Of a stretch of DNA of 64,000 nucleotides, positions 1 to 12,610 are shown in pieces. The DNA lies in assembly GCF_018977255.1 (NCBI RefSeq), contig NW_024704743.1, forward strand, positions 48,176,001-48,240,000, given 5' to 3'. A program made the position numbers and the translations under genes. Within the stretch, counting starts at the first letter, position 1. Each line of letters begins with the position of its first letter. Under the pieces are notes generated by a model. It saw nothing but the letters and a program-made list of their open reading frames with translations. It was not told where the DNA came from and searched no databases. Origin of the DNA: Callorhinchus milii (lineage: Eukaryota).

Positions 1-304
1 ACATTCACTTAAAAACAAAGTAAAATCATTCAAGAATAAACATCTGGTCCAACAGTTAAACTCCTGTAAAAATGAATCTAATTCTCGACTTCACAAAACA
101 TACCTCAGAACCACCAAATAATATTAAATGATTCAGATTGCATAGTTGTGTCTAACTGCTTGAATGTTGTCAAATTCAGATTATGAACGGCCTATAAAAA
201 TCTGGTTGAGTGACAGAGAACTTTAATTAATGACACTGTAAGGCCAATTCAAAACTGGGAAGTAGATTTAATAATAAAAAGAATAACAATACATACATTT
301 GATA

Positions 305-367
305 TTAAGCGCTCTGAGATGCTACCCTGCATGGAGAGCGCTCTATACGTGCAAGTTGTTGTCGTTG
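305..367 (+). mobile_element. Short L2-type 3' tail fragment
   Basis: AGCGCTCT...AGAGCGCT stem followed by (GTT)n; related tails at 36224-36280 (+) and 15461-15527 (-). Confidence 0.5.
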
Positions 368-971
368 AAATTTTTGTTGTATGTGTTTTATCACATTGTC
401 AAAACATCTCAAAGTGTTTCACAGGATTTACTGTGAAGTGTCGTGACTGTGCATTTGTAGACAAACTAAAAACAATCACTCCTATCTACATTGGTATACA
501 AGGTAAAAGATTCACAAGTCTACAAAAGATCTACTAAAGATTTATTTATTGGCCAAATTGTTTCTCCAGGGCTGATTGAATACGGAGCTGAAATTATTTA
601 TATTCTGTTAATTTAAACCAGTCCCAAGGCACAGCACAGTAAGTATAGTCTCTGATTGTCTATCCTTGCATTCCAAACACATTCCACTAGCCATGGACAC
701 ATTTACATCCATGCATCATCTCATTTAATGTCATCCAATAATTTCATAAATGGCTGTTAAGTCCCTTTAATTCACTGCAACTGGGGATCAGCCCTGATGC
801 TCTCATCTGCACTGCCTCTGGGGTCTGTGGAGTCATTTGAATCTTTTCAATCTCAAGAATGCTACATATTTTGGGAAGATATCTGTTTCAAAGTGTTTTC
901 CTGAGTCATTATACAACTGAGATATGAATCCAAGTCTACGAATGAATTCTTTCACTAAGATATCTACATAT

Positions 972-1287
972 CGTGGAGTCCTGTAGCTCAGTGGTTAGAG
1001 CACTCGCTTTGCAAGCGAGAGACCTGAGTTCAATTCCAGGCAGGGCGAAACCTTGGGCATGTTTCCTTACTCCACACGCCTAATAATAATCCCTCCAAAA
1101 CCAAAAACAATAATAAAATTGTTCAATCTACGACTGTTTGTGGGACATTGCTGTGCGCAATTGGCTGCCACGTTCGCCCACAAATATACAGTCAATTCAC
1201 TTTACAGTGTGTTCTGTGAAGCGCTTTGGGACGTCCTTCCGATGTGAAAAGAGCTATATCAAATGTAAGGATTATTATTATTATTAT
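972..1287 (+). mobile_element. Full-length tRNA-Ala-derived SINE, short variant, with L2-type tail
   Basis: A box TAGCTCAGTGG, anticodon arm CTCGC-TTTGCAA-GCGAG (TGC), B box GAGTTCAATTCC, Deu-like TGTGGGACATTGCTGTGCGCAATTGGCTGCC, L2-like stem-loop, (ATT)n tail; close copies at 52603-52923 and 58051-58375. Confidence 0.93.
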
Positions 1288-3189
1288 ATCATTGCTTCTT
1301 GATCCTCAGGTAGAATTTACCAACAATCCCCACCATTTATTTGGTAAAACTGTCATTAGTTTACAAAGCTGCATTTGCATTCTCTGACATTAGAAGGGCA
1401 CTTTGAACATTTATGACATGCTTTCCAAGGATGCAACAATTTACAATTATAAATCCTTGGATTTGTGAATTGACTTCATTGTTCACAATTTTATAATGGG
1501 ATTTTCAGGAATTTTTTTTAAACATAGTCTGGTCAGTACTTATTGATTTGTTCCACTGATTTTCTTGATGTCCCTGTCAGCCAGATAAGCTTTACATAGG
1601 TAGAAATTGATTAATTTCCTGGTTCTTGAATGCAGTAAGGAGTCTGGTGTGATTTCCAAATTATTGATGCTATGTGAATTCAATTTGTTGTTGTTGCTGA
1701 ATAATAATGAGTCTTATGAGAATTGAAATTACTATATTCTTTTTTATGCAGATATAGTTATTCTCAACTTATGCTAATATTTGAAATTGGCAGGTTGACT
1801 CTGACAAAACATTAGCAGTTTTATGATAAACATATACACAGTTTCCAATTGATTTCTACTGCAAACCTGGTTAAATGCCAATATTTCCTAAAATTACAGT
1901 GCAGTTTGCTAACTGTATTTCTAAATAATTCAATTTGTTTAAAATGGAACCAAATCTCAGTATCTTGAAACAAAATCAAAGGATAAAACAGAATTAAACT
2001 GAATATTTATATCTATATATACCTATTAACAGTATAAGAGATATATTGTATTTTATGTATCCCTACTGCTGGTTAAATGGCATATGGAAGCAAACATATT
2101 GTGGGGAAATTCCCACCTCCTTAACCACCACCCCCCTCACTTCCCCCAGCATGATGTTATGATGTTTACTCCAGTAACATATATATGAACATAGCAAGGA
2201 ACTAGTGTAACAGTGTGATGAATCAAGTGCAAGCAGGAATTCAAACCAAATCCAGTGATAAATAACAATTTGTTTTACCTCCAAATTATTTTTACAAAGG
2301 TTAGATTTACCGACTATTCTGTATCCTATCTAGTTGCAAAACAGTAGCCTTAGGCGCTTAAGCTTAATATACCATGACATGTCAGCTAATTTGTAACATT
2401 ACTTTACCACTTATAATAACTGACAGCTAACTGGCTGCATACTGGACAATGATAAGGATTATTCCTCCTGTGAATTTCCTTGTCTCTCACCTGACAATAG
2501 CAATGTGGTAAATGTTGTATGGTTTGTCCTTTCTGCTGGAATCTGTGGGGAGAATGTATCAGGGGGACATCACAACAGTGACAATCTGATGGAAGATGCA
2601 GTACCATTAGATGGCTTTGTTGCAAGTATGGATTCAAATTATACTGTATCTTTAATAATTTAAATACACATGGGATTTTCTTATAAAACGCTAACTACAT
2701 GGTGGTAGAAGAAATTGATTCACATTAAGAAAAACTCAAGCTCAGTGGATTTGATTTAATTCATGGAATTCTCAGTTTAGTTTGGATACTCTTAACAAAA
2801 AACCCATTCAATTTTATTTAGGTTTACCTTACGTGTTGCTATTTTGGCATTTTGGACAATGCGAGCACACACGTGAGTCTTTCTTTACAATGACAAAATA
2901 ATATATTCTTCCAGTTCCACTGCTTAATGTGGAATTCAGCTATTCAGACAGGTTCAATAGCTGCCCTGAGATATGTTTGTTGATCTAAGTTGGGACAGCA
3001 GTCAGCACCACTGTTGACCTCAGTTTCTAGGTTTATTAGGGGAAAATGACTAACGTTCCTGGTCCTGATCACAGTCCAATATCCTCTGATGGCAGTTTGA
3101 GTATGGGGCATCAGGATTAGGCTCAGCTGTGAAAGCTTCTGTAGTAAAATAGGTTCGCAAGAGGTGTATTGACACATCAAGAATAAATG

Positions 3190-4110
3190 AGTAAGCCTTA
3201 CATTTGATATAGTGCCTTTCATGTAGCAAGGATATCTCAAAGTGTTTCACAGATTTGACTCTAATATGTAGTGGCTATGTTTTGTAGGCAAACGTGACAA
3301 TGAATTTGTAAACAGCAATATCCCACAAACAGTCATGAAGTACATGGCCAATTTTATCTGAGGGTTCGTTAGCCAGGACACTAGGAAAAACTCCTTTCAC
3401 ATCATGTCGCTGATCTTCCCAGGTTCACCATCCACAAGGTCGAGCTCATCCAAAATTCTTCTTCTGTTATCCTCACCCACATCACATGTCCATCACCCCA
3501 ATCATTGCAAGCCTCCACTGGCTGCATCACTGTCTCTGAACAGATCAACTTCAAGGTCCTCGCCCTCACATACAAATCCCTTTTCACACTCTAGCACTTC
3601 CATATCTCTCTGATCGTCTTGTTCCAAACTCCTCTGCTAATAGAGGTTTGCTGCACATCTGCTGCCTGCTGCACACAGTTGTTGGTGGCTGAGCCTTCAG
3701 TTTTTATGCTCCCAACCTCTGCTATTTTCTGCCCCTCCCCCTCTACCTCTCCCGCTCTCTATCTATCTTCAAATCCCATCTTAAACCTATCTCTTCACCC
3801 ACATTTTTGGACACTTCCCCCCTCTTCTTCCTCCTGGCTCAGTGTCTATGAAGCACTCTGAGACATTGTGGACAAAGTAGACTGGACCTTAGTTTAACTT
3901 CTTACCTGAAGGACAATGTCTGTGACAAAAACAAAACAAAAACAACAAACAAATTGCACTTATATAGCTCCTTTCACATTGGGATGACTTGGAAAAAAAG
4001 AAAACAGCAGTGGACCTCCAGCCCTGTTTTTGAGTTGTCATGAGAGCTCAAAGTCCTAATTTGGGGCTTGAACCCACAAATTCTGCCTCAGATGAGGTTG
4101 CAATCAAACC
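3190..4110 (-). mobile_element. Degraded DeuSINE (SacSINE1-like) split by an old L2 fragment (~3400-3866, +)
   Basis: SINE 3' part at ~3190-3400 and 5' part at ~3870-4110 (GGGGCTTGAACCCACAA); pyrimidine-rich L2 3' region between them. Confidence 0.6.
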
Positions 4111-5589
4111 AAGATTCATATTTGAAACGAAACCTAGATCAAGGCCTTGGGGGAGTCACATAACATATCCCCAAATTTATGTCATTCAAAGCATTCAGTG
4201 TGGCTACCACCCAAAATAATATCTGGATTTATTGATCATGCAATTGCACAAAGCTTGTTTAAAACTGGAGAAAATGGCCAGTAATGTAACATTTTGTACA
4301 TAGGATATCCATTCACTACATTTCACATGCACTATCAACAATAATAATTGCATTGATGTAGTGCCTTACCAGGTCAAAAGTCTCAAAGTGTTAGTTGCCT
4401 GGAAGAGTAGTGACTGCCATTTTGTGTCAGGTACCATGCCAGGTACTTTGTGCCAGTAGTTTCTTCCAAGCAGTCATGAGGTGAGTGGAGAATTAATCCT
4501 CCCCTAGGGCCTAATTGCTTTCTTTGGGTTTTGAGATTAGAAACCAATGTTCCTCATTTTCTGACTTGGAAGTTAAACAAGGACACCTGTAGTTTACGCA
4601 TGTGCATCTACATGGGTTAATGGGGCTGAGTTAATCCTCCGTCTGTGATGACTTTGCATATTTACTTAAATTGAGATTAATTTTAATTTTGTAAACTGCT
4701 TCCTCACTCTCTCCCCATAATTCATTTTTAATCTTCTTAGGTGAGCAAAATTCCTGTTTACACTGAGCAGGCACACATAAAAAAAACACTTTGCAGTGTA
4801 TGCTGACCTGCCCTTATATTGCTTGCAAAAGTAGGACAAAAGTATTCCTACTATCAGTGTAGGAGGGGGAAAGGGAAGCAACATATGGGAGTGGGTATGC
4901 CTGTCTCCTTTCCTGTCAGCACACAATCCAGTGGAGCATATCGTACAGTTGAATGTGAAGCATTCACTGTGTTTCTGAGTAGATTGTAACAGCCCTTATA
5001 GGATGTGATGAAAGATGCTGACACTTTTAAAGGTCCTTGTAAACAGAATGTGGACTGGACTGTTTAATACCACATGTGTTCTCCATCACTTCCACCATGT
5101 AAAGAGCAAAACTCCCTCATTGAATTGTTTGTCTTTCTCAGTGGTCAACTGAGCCACTGTGACAGCAGACAAGCAACAAGAGAAAAGCAAAAGTGTATGT
5201 CCAGGCATGGGTTGCATCATCTGGCTTGACAGCACTTATCCGTTTCTTAAGTTGTCTTTATAGAGAACAGACAAGATCCTTAAAATTTGTAATTTTTTAA
5301 AACCTTGCAATATTAAATTGTAATAATAAATAAATTTGTTGTAGTGAAAGTAATAGATTTAATCAGATGTTTGAAACCTCAAAGGCAGTGCAAAATTATT
5401 ATTTTGCTGAAGGAAAGCTAGATCTTTTAAATATTTCAGCTCAGAAAGTGAGCTGGATATTATGTTTTCCAATTTCAATGTCTTCCTTCTGTGACTCTGG
5501 CCCTGATTCCCTTCCTTGTTGTTCACTCAAGCTGTAACCAGTGGTGCACATTGTCAGAGTTCAGTTTAATCATCAGTTAAGTTTCAAGT

Positions 5590-6000
5590 CCTAAATTCAA
5601 TCAATTGCCAGGACCGCCTTCTTCCATCTCTGGAATATTGCCCACTGATCCTCTTACTCAACACCACCAGTGGTGAAACCTATGCCTTGCCTCTATCATT
5701 TTGGATAGATTTCTTCAATTTATCACTGGTCTCTCACTGCTCCACTTTTCTCAACCTTTCAACACGTGCATTAAATTCCACAGCCCATATCCTTATAAAG
5801 TCCTATTCTCCTATTGGAAATTTGTCTGCCCCAAAAGGTATTCATTTAAAAAATTCTAATTTTCGAAACCCTCCATGGCCTCGATCCATCCTTTCAATTT
5901 TATTTATGATCTAATCGTCAGTCTGCATTCTATATATATGCAAATTTAGCACTTCCTCTCCTCTTCAGTGATTCTGATAGTTACAGCTACCATCTAGAAT
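5590..6000 (+). mobile_element. Highly degraded L2 ORF2 3' fragment
   Basis: Weak similarity to the L2 C-terminal coding region seen in younger copies. Confidence 0.4.
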
Positions 6001-6157
6001 AGCTCTAAATTATTTGTATTCCACATTTTAAGTAAAATTCTTTTAATCCTTCACTTTTGCACTACAAACCATTCCCTAGTCAAGTGAGTGTCAGTCTGTA
6101 ACTGACTGCTAAGAGTGTATTAGCCCATCTTGGGAATAATCCACTTTTCCCTTTCAG

Positions 6158-6242
6158 CGGGAAACTCTTGATTGCTCTCAGGAGTCCCTCCCTTCCGATG
6201 GCTCGGGCTTCATCCTGGTGTTCTTCGATAGGGGAATTGCAG
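6158..6242 (+). CDS. Candidate internal exon (85 nt) of an unidentified gene
   Basis: Acceptor CCACTTTTCCCTTTCAG, donor CAG|GTACCA, local CpG/GC enrichment, open phase 0-to-1 frame RETLDCSQESLPSDGSGFILVFFDRGIA; no recognised homology. Confidence 0.25.
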
Positions 6243-6919
6243 GTACCAGACTCCTATACTTTGAAATGCATCTGTGTACTAGTGTACTACAGAACTATGT
6301 TTCTTGGAAATAAGGATTATAGCAAACATATAACCCACTTGTGTCAACAGCATATTTTTACAATTCTGTTTTTGTTTTCATGGTGCACATCCTTTCTTTA
6401 GAGATGTAATACTGTTAAGCAAATGCCAGGACTTCTTTGCTCAGTTACTGCCATATTATTGGTGAAGAAGTTACAGAAAATGCAATGGCACACCATGGGA
6501 TTCAGTGGTATCTATCACTTACAGACTCATGTTTTCCTAAGGTGATGATTTTGCCTGAAGTCATTTGCTGTTGTCTAAATCTAATGCACTTACCTGCATT
6601 TGTAAATAACACCTTACTTCCTGTGTCAGATAATGTTCAATTTATTAGGAATGGGGTTGTGTGAAGTTAACTGTTTAACATGATTACATTTATTTATATT
6701 TTTGATCTCATTATTAACCATAACACAATTGCTCTTTAGATCTGTGCATGTAATGGAACTTTTTAACTGACGTTTAAGCAGTTGTGTAAACAATCAAATT
6801 GCTGTGTGGTCTCTATTGTTATGTAAACAACAAAATACATACTTTTGTAACGGCTATTTGGGGACAAAGTCATTGCTGAGAAGTCTCTTCAAAATGTCCA
6901 CAATTATCATTCTAATTAT

Positions 6920-7065
6920 TAATCATGAGAACATCACTGTGTGCAAATTGCTGCTGGATTCGCCTACAAAATACAGTCACTATACTTTATGGTAAATCCT
7001 GTGAAACGCTTTGAGACATTCTCCAAAAGTGAAAAGCATTGTATCAAGTGCAAGGATTATTATTT
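6920..7065 (+). mobile_element. SINE 3' fragment
   Basis: CTGTGTGCAAATTG...GCTTTGAGAC...GCAAGGATTATTAT. Confidence 0.75.
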
Positions 7066-8679
7066 TAGTCTTATTGCTACACTAAATAACCTTTAAAATT
7101 AGGCAAGATAAATGAAATAGAAAGTTAAGTACCTTAGAGATCTGGATTAAATAATATTCAGTAATTTTAAATAATTCCTTTCAAAATTACAGACTCTGGA
7201 TATATATTTTTGGGCGAGTCATGGGATAACAACAGTTGGTGAGGTGGTAAACATCAATTGGTTCAATGTGGCAGAGCCCCACAAAATCTCAGCATGTCTG
7301 TTTAGGAGAGTCTAGGTTAACAGTGAACTGATATTGATTTTTGATGATACTTCTAATGCTAGATCTGAAATACCACGCAAGTGACACTGGAAGGAACTGA
7401 ATAAAGATAAGCTAGTATCTGGAGGCAATCATCTCATTGACAACTGAATGCAATGAATGTCGGTGGCATTTGTACTATTTGATGCTGCACATACCCATTG
7501 GCCCATAATACTAACAATCCTTGTAGCAGCATTATCAGTCTAGTTCTATTGTGAATGTGACTGAAAATTACATTGAATAATAATACTATATATGCCGTGT
7601 GAATTTAAAAAAAATTATATGATTCTAAGCAAGTTTGCAAAATGTCATGACCCCTGAAGTGTTTTCTTCCTGTCATCTGCATTCACTTACACTCACTAAT
7701 ATAAATAAGATAAAAGCAATCTAGAATCTGGTTGCCTTGTGTCTCAGGTGGTGAAGTGACAACCACCTTTCACCAGTATAACCTGTGTTTGACCCTGAGC
7801 TGAGCTGCTTGGAAGTCAGCTGAGCCTAAAGGGGAGGCGAAAGAGAGAAGGTTGTATGTCAAATTATTTCGCCAGGCATTTCACACTGGTGGCGCAGAGC
7901 TGTGGTATGAACACAAGTATTATAGTAGATGAAGGGCACTATAGTAACATAAATTTGTATTTTACTGTGTAGACATACAAAATAGTACCATCACATTTAA
8001 ATAGTATGAGCATTACATAATTCTCATATTGAATTCTCATATGAAAATATTTTCACATTTTCTTCTTTTAAAGTATCTGACTTCATCACATGAAAAAGGA
8101 AATTGGGAGATAACAGCCACAGATTATCAATGCCAAGTAATTGCCAAGTAATAGATTTTACAAACAAATTATTTTTCAAAATTTGAAATCATGACTTATT
8201 GGGGGAAGAAATTCCACTTTGGGCTAGAATTACTCTTATTATCTTGATACTTTGGAGTGTGCAGAATTTGGCAAATTGTTGAATTGAATCTTCATTTCGA
8301 AGTTTGTTTTCTGTGGTTCATAATGTAAGAGAAAATACAATACAAAACTGAAATCTGTTCAATTCCTGCCATTTCTGGTTTTACCCATATCAACTGACAC
8401 TCACTCCAGCTCTCAGAGCCAGAGTTCAATCTTAGTCCTTTATTTAACCCTAACTCTCCTTTACGCCTTTCATTTGATCTTTGACCAAATCCACTTGCCT
8501 TCAACCCCATAATATTACCCACCTCCATTCCTATCACATCACAATGCAACCAAAACCCAAATCCATGCATTTATCACCCGAGACTAGAGTTTTCCAATGC
8601 CCCCTCACCAGCCATCACAGCTCAACACAAATTCCAGATCACCCGGAACTCTGCAGCCCATAATCTCTCCTATACCAGG

Positions 8680-9689
8680 CTTCAGGCACTGTCAGCATCA
8701 CCATCCAAGGATGCACACTCCACCTCACTGAGCCAGTCTGGAACCTTGGCATCTTGTTTGACCCTCAACTGTCCTTTCTACCCAACATCCATGCCATGAC
8801 CTGCTCTGCCTGCCCCCACCTCCACAACATCGCCCTGCTCCACCACTGCCACATCACCCGGCTCCGCCACTGCCTCACACCGCAGGCCGCTGAGACCCTC
8901 ATAAATGCATTTATAACATCCAGGCTTGACTACACAAACTTCCTGCTTGTCAGTCTCCTTAACTCCTCCCTTTATAGGTTGCGGATCATCCAGAACTCTG
9001 GAGCCCATGTCCTCTCCCGCACCACCCTATCACCCCCATTCTCGACCAACTCCACTGGCTTCCCATCAGACAGAGGATACAGTTCAAGCTCCTGGTCCTT
9101 ACTTTCAAAACCCTCCATGGCTTTGCTCCCCCTACCTCTGTGACCTCCTAACTCTCTAAATAATCCCTCCAAAACAAAAAAATAATAAATTGGTCATTTT
9201 CAATCCATGACTGTTTGTGGGACACTGCTGTGTGCAATTGGCTGCTGCGTTTCGCCCACAAATATATAGTCAATTCACTTTACAGTCTATTCTGTGAAGC
9301 GCTTTGAGATGTCGAGAAGACATGAAAAGCTCTATATCAAATGCAAGGATTATTATTATTATTACCACCCTGCCCGCTCAGCGGGCTCCGGCCAGCTTCA
9401 TGTCCCCCCCTCGCCCGCCCTATCTTTGGCGGGCGAGCCTTTAGCCACTCTACCCTCACTCTCTGGAACTTCATCCCCCAGTCTCTCTGCCTCACCTCCA
9501 CCCTTGCCTCCTTCGAGACCCGTCTCAAGACCCTCCTCTTCGACTGTGGCTTCGGTCACCCTCCTTCCCCCCCTGCCCTCTGCCCTCCCCGATCCTGAGT
9601 CCCAGTTCGGGTCCGAAACACTGATTGTCCAGCACCTTAGGATGTCCTTTCAATGTGAAAGGTGCTATACAAATGTAGTTTTGTTGTTG
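8680..9689 (+). mobile_element. 5'-truncated L2 LINE (ORF2 C-terminus and 3' UTR), frameshifted
   Basis: Translation FDPQLSFLP...LTPQAAETLINAFITSRLDY...IIQNS matches the 47710 ORF; 3' stem-loop and (TTG)n tail. Confidence 0.92.
9159..9364 (+). mobile_element. 5'-truncated SINE inserted in L2
   Basis: AATAATCCCTCC...GGATTATTATTATTA; L2 sequence resumes directly afterwards. Confidence 0.9.
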
Positions 9690-11359
9690 CTGTGGTTCAC
9701 AAGCCCATCAATCACTCTTACATTCACCTGGCTGCACTGTTACTCGTTGGTCTAATGGATTGAATTTGAGATTCTCATTCCAACCTTCAAATCATCTACA
9801 TCCTTCCCTCACCATACCCTGTAATTCTTGTATTTACTCCCCCACCCATTCGCCCTATTCAGCTAACTCAGACCTGCTTCACATTGTCTACCTACCACAC
9901 CCACCTGGAAGGCATGAGCTTTCAGCCACTTTGTCTATATTCTCTTGAATTCCTCTCCCTCACACAATCCCTCTCTACTTACAAAAACTTAAGTAAACTC
10001 TTTGCTTTCACCTTCAGTTATCTCCCTACTCTCCCCAATCCCCCACCCTGATCAGGCTCCCATTCCATCTCTGTGCGGTGCTGCTTCTATTTCTCCTATA
10101 CGGAAGAGGCTACAGAAGTGCAAGTTGTTATTATGGAATTAAATTGAAGCTGAAACTTTTTGTTTTGTTAGAGGCATTTCATTACAAAACAGTCACATCT
10201 CCTCCCAATAAGAAGTATATTTATAAACTGTCACCTGTGTAGCTAAGAGACTTACAGAATAACTTAAAATTGGACTACTTTTAAATCATTCATGAGTAAG
10301 AACAAATCAATTGGCATGTGTGAGAGGTGTATGAAAGCCCATTAAAAACTTAAAAATTCACAGCCAACAGATAAATGCATGAAATCACAAATAAATGAAA
10401 TGTATAGATACCCAACCTATAGATTAAATGTATAAATCCACCCATTACACTGTGCAATGTACACATCCATCTTGAGGTAATGTTATCACTGGGCAGTCAA
10501 CATATTCTGCTCTCAAGTATACTTCACAGAGAAATTTAATTGTCCTAAACATGAATTAACTGTTTTGCTAGTTTGAGAATTACAGTGTACTTGAATTCAA
10601 AACACAAAGGAAGGCTTGTATGGCTCAGCTCCCCATGCACTTCAATTGCTAGAAAGTGGTTTGTAAGCTTGACGTGCACACGGCACAAGACTCAATTGCT
10701 GTTGAAGTCTGAATTTCCCCAAAGATTTGATTCTTGTAATAAATATGCACACTACATAAGATGTTTTTCTCTCATGCTACTTTAAAAAGACATCTGACTG
10801 GGGATAGAGGGAAACACCATCACCTTACCAGTTTCCTTGACCGTATTTCCCTTCACAGACCATTAAAAAAGATCAAAAGGGAGCCCAAACCATCAAAACC
10901 ATGCAAATTTTCTATGATTTCTGCAAGATGTTCAAAATGTTTGACTGGCAAATGAAAGTCAATACAGATCAATGCAAGATACTGTAAATAGAAATGAAAA
11001 AAATAAGAGGCACGCACACTCAAAGGATGGGATAGAACTTGCCAACCTTGAAAAGGTTTTAGTTGGCTCGTCATTCACCATCCCCAAACGCTATGAGGCA
11101 GTGATAAAAATAAGATTGGATTTATTGCCAAATTCATTGATTTCAGAGGACTGAAATTCCATTTATTTGCAGCCTGACAAACCATTCCGTTTCAATAATT
11201 AATTGTAGAAAATTCTTCAATTCAGTCTTAATTTGAAAGTTGGTTTTCTATAGTTCGTAAAGGCATAAATCAATATTTCCCACATTTCTGTGATCTGATC
11301 TTACATTTCAAGACAAAGCGGTTTATTGGCTATGACTAGGTGACATTTCATACCACAGA

Positions 11360-11650
11360 TCTCTAAAAGTCATTCTTAAGCTGTACAGTATTGTGCTCAG
11401 GCCCCATGTAGAGTTTTGCACACAATTCTGATCCCTGCAACACAAGGGAACTGCCTAAGCCCTGGAGGCAGTGTGGGGGAGAGCGACCAGGCTGATTTGC
11501 ATTGTTAAAAGGCATAAGCTGTAAGGAACAACTTCAATCTTGATACCTCAGAAGGGGAGATTTGGAGGATGAAATGTAAAAAGATACTTTAAGGATAGAT
11601 AAAGTCAACTTACTTTCTGTTACTCTAAGGCATCAGAACAAAAGGTCACA
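11360..11650 (+). mobile_element. Old CR1 ORF2 3' fragment
   Basis: Degenerate CAGGCCCCATGTAGAGTTTTGC (RPxLEYC-like) through CAGAACAAAAGGTCAC (RTxGH-like). Confidence 0.55.
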
Positions 11651-11679
11651 TGTCCCAGGCTTTGTTGTACGCCAATCTT

Positions 11680-12610
11680 CTGTGCCAACGACACAAAGTT
11701 GGGTAGGGTAGTAAACAGTGAGAAGGATAGTAGCCAACTGCAGGAAGACATAGACCAAATGGTAAAGTGGCCAGACACATGGCAGATGAGTTTCAATGTG
11801 GAGAAATGCGAGGTAATGCATTTTGGTAGAAAGAATGAGGGGAGGCAATATAGGCTGGTAATACAATCTTAAGGGGGTAAAAGAACAGAGAGACCTGGGG
11901 GTGCAGGTAAATTAATCCTTGAAGGTGGCAGGACAGGTAGATAAAGCTGTAAAAAGGGCATATGGGATACTAGGCTTTATAAATAGCGGCATAGAGTTCA
12001 AGAGTCAGGAGGTTATGATTAACCTATATAAAACACTGGTTAGGCCTCAGTTAGAATACTGTGCCCAGTTCTTGGCACCACACTATAGGAAGGATGTTAA
12101 GGCATTGGAAAGGGTGCAGAGGAGATTTACGAGGATGGTACCAGGAATGAGGGACATTGATTATGAGGAAAGGCTAGAGAGGCTGGGATTATTCTCATTG
12201 GAGCAGAGAAGGTTACGAGGAGACCTAATAGAGGTCTTCAAAATCATGAGGGGATTTGATAGGTTAGAAAGGGAAAAACTGTTTCCACTGGTGGGTATGT
12301 AGGTGACTCGAGGTCACAGATTCAAAATAGTCTCTAAAAGAAGCAGAGGGCAGGTGAGAAGAAATTTTTTCACGCAGCGAGTTGTTCGAATCTAGAACGC
12401 ATTACCTGAAAGGGTGGTGGAGGCCGATTCGATAACTACTTTTAAAAACGCGGTGGACGGGTATTTGAGGAGGACGGGTTTGCAAGGTTATGGGGAAAGG
12501 GCTGGGGATTGGGACTGACATTAATTGCTCTATTCAAAGAGCCGGTACAAAATCAATGGGCCGAATGGCCTCTTTTTGTGCTGTACGATTCTAGGATTCT
12601 AGGATTCTAT
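11680..12610 (+). mobile_element. 5'-truncated CR1 LINE (late RT, C-terminus, 3' UTR)
   Basis: Degenerate ADDTK motif; ORF with LYKTLVRPQLEYC...LERVQRRFTRM...RRLRGDLIEVFKIMRG; tail (GATTCTAG)n after GGGCCGAATGGCC. Confidence 0.93.

Larger units (their letters stand above)
8500..10135 (+). mobile_element. Old L2 fragment interrupted by a younger L2 (8680-9689)
   Basis: Old L2 reads CAGATCACCCGGAACTCTGCAGCC before 8680 and resumes after 9690, ending GTGCAAGTTGTT. Confidence 0.55.

Noticed and set aside
973..1045. tRNA-Ala(TGC)-like gene (also near 52850-52923 and 58052-58125)
   Set aside because: No proper acceptor stem or terminator; it continues into the SINE body, so it is a SINE head
2487..2545. 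52-nt minus-strand segment with CAG acceptor and GTGAGA donor
   Set aside because: All frames are uninformative and it may overlap an old repeat; no independent support
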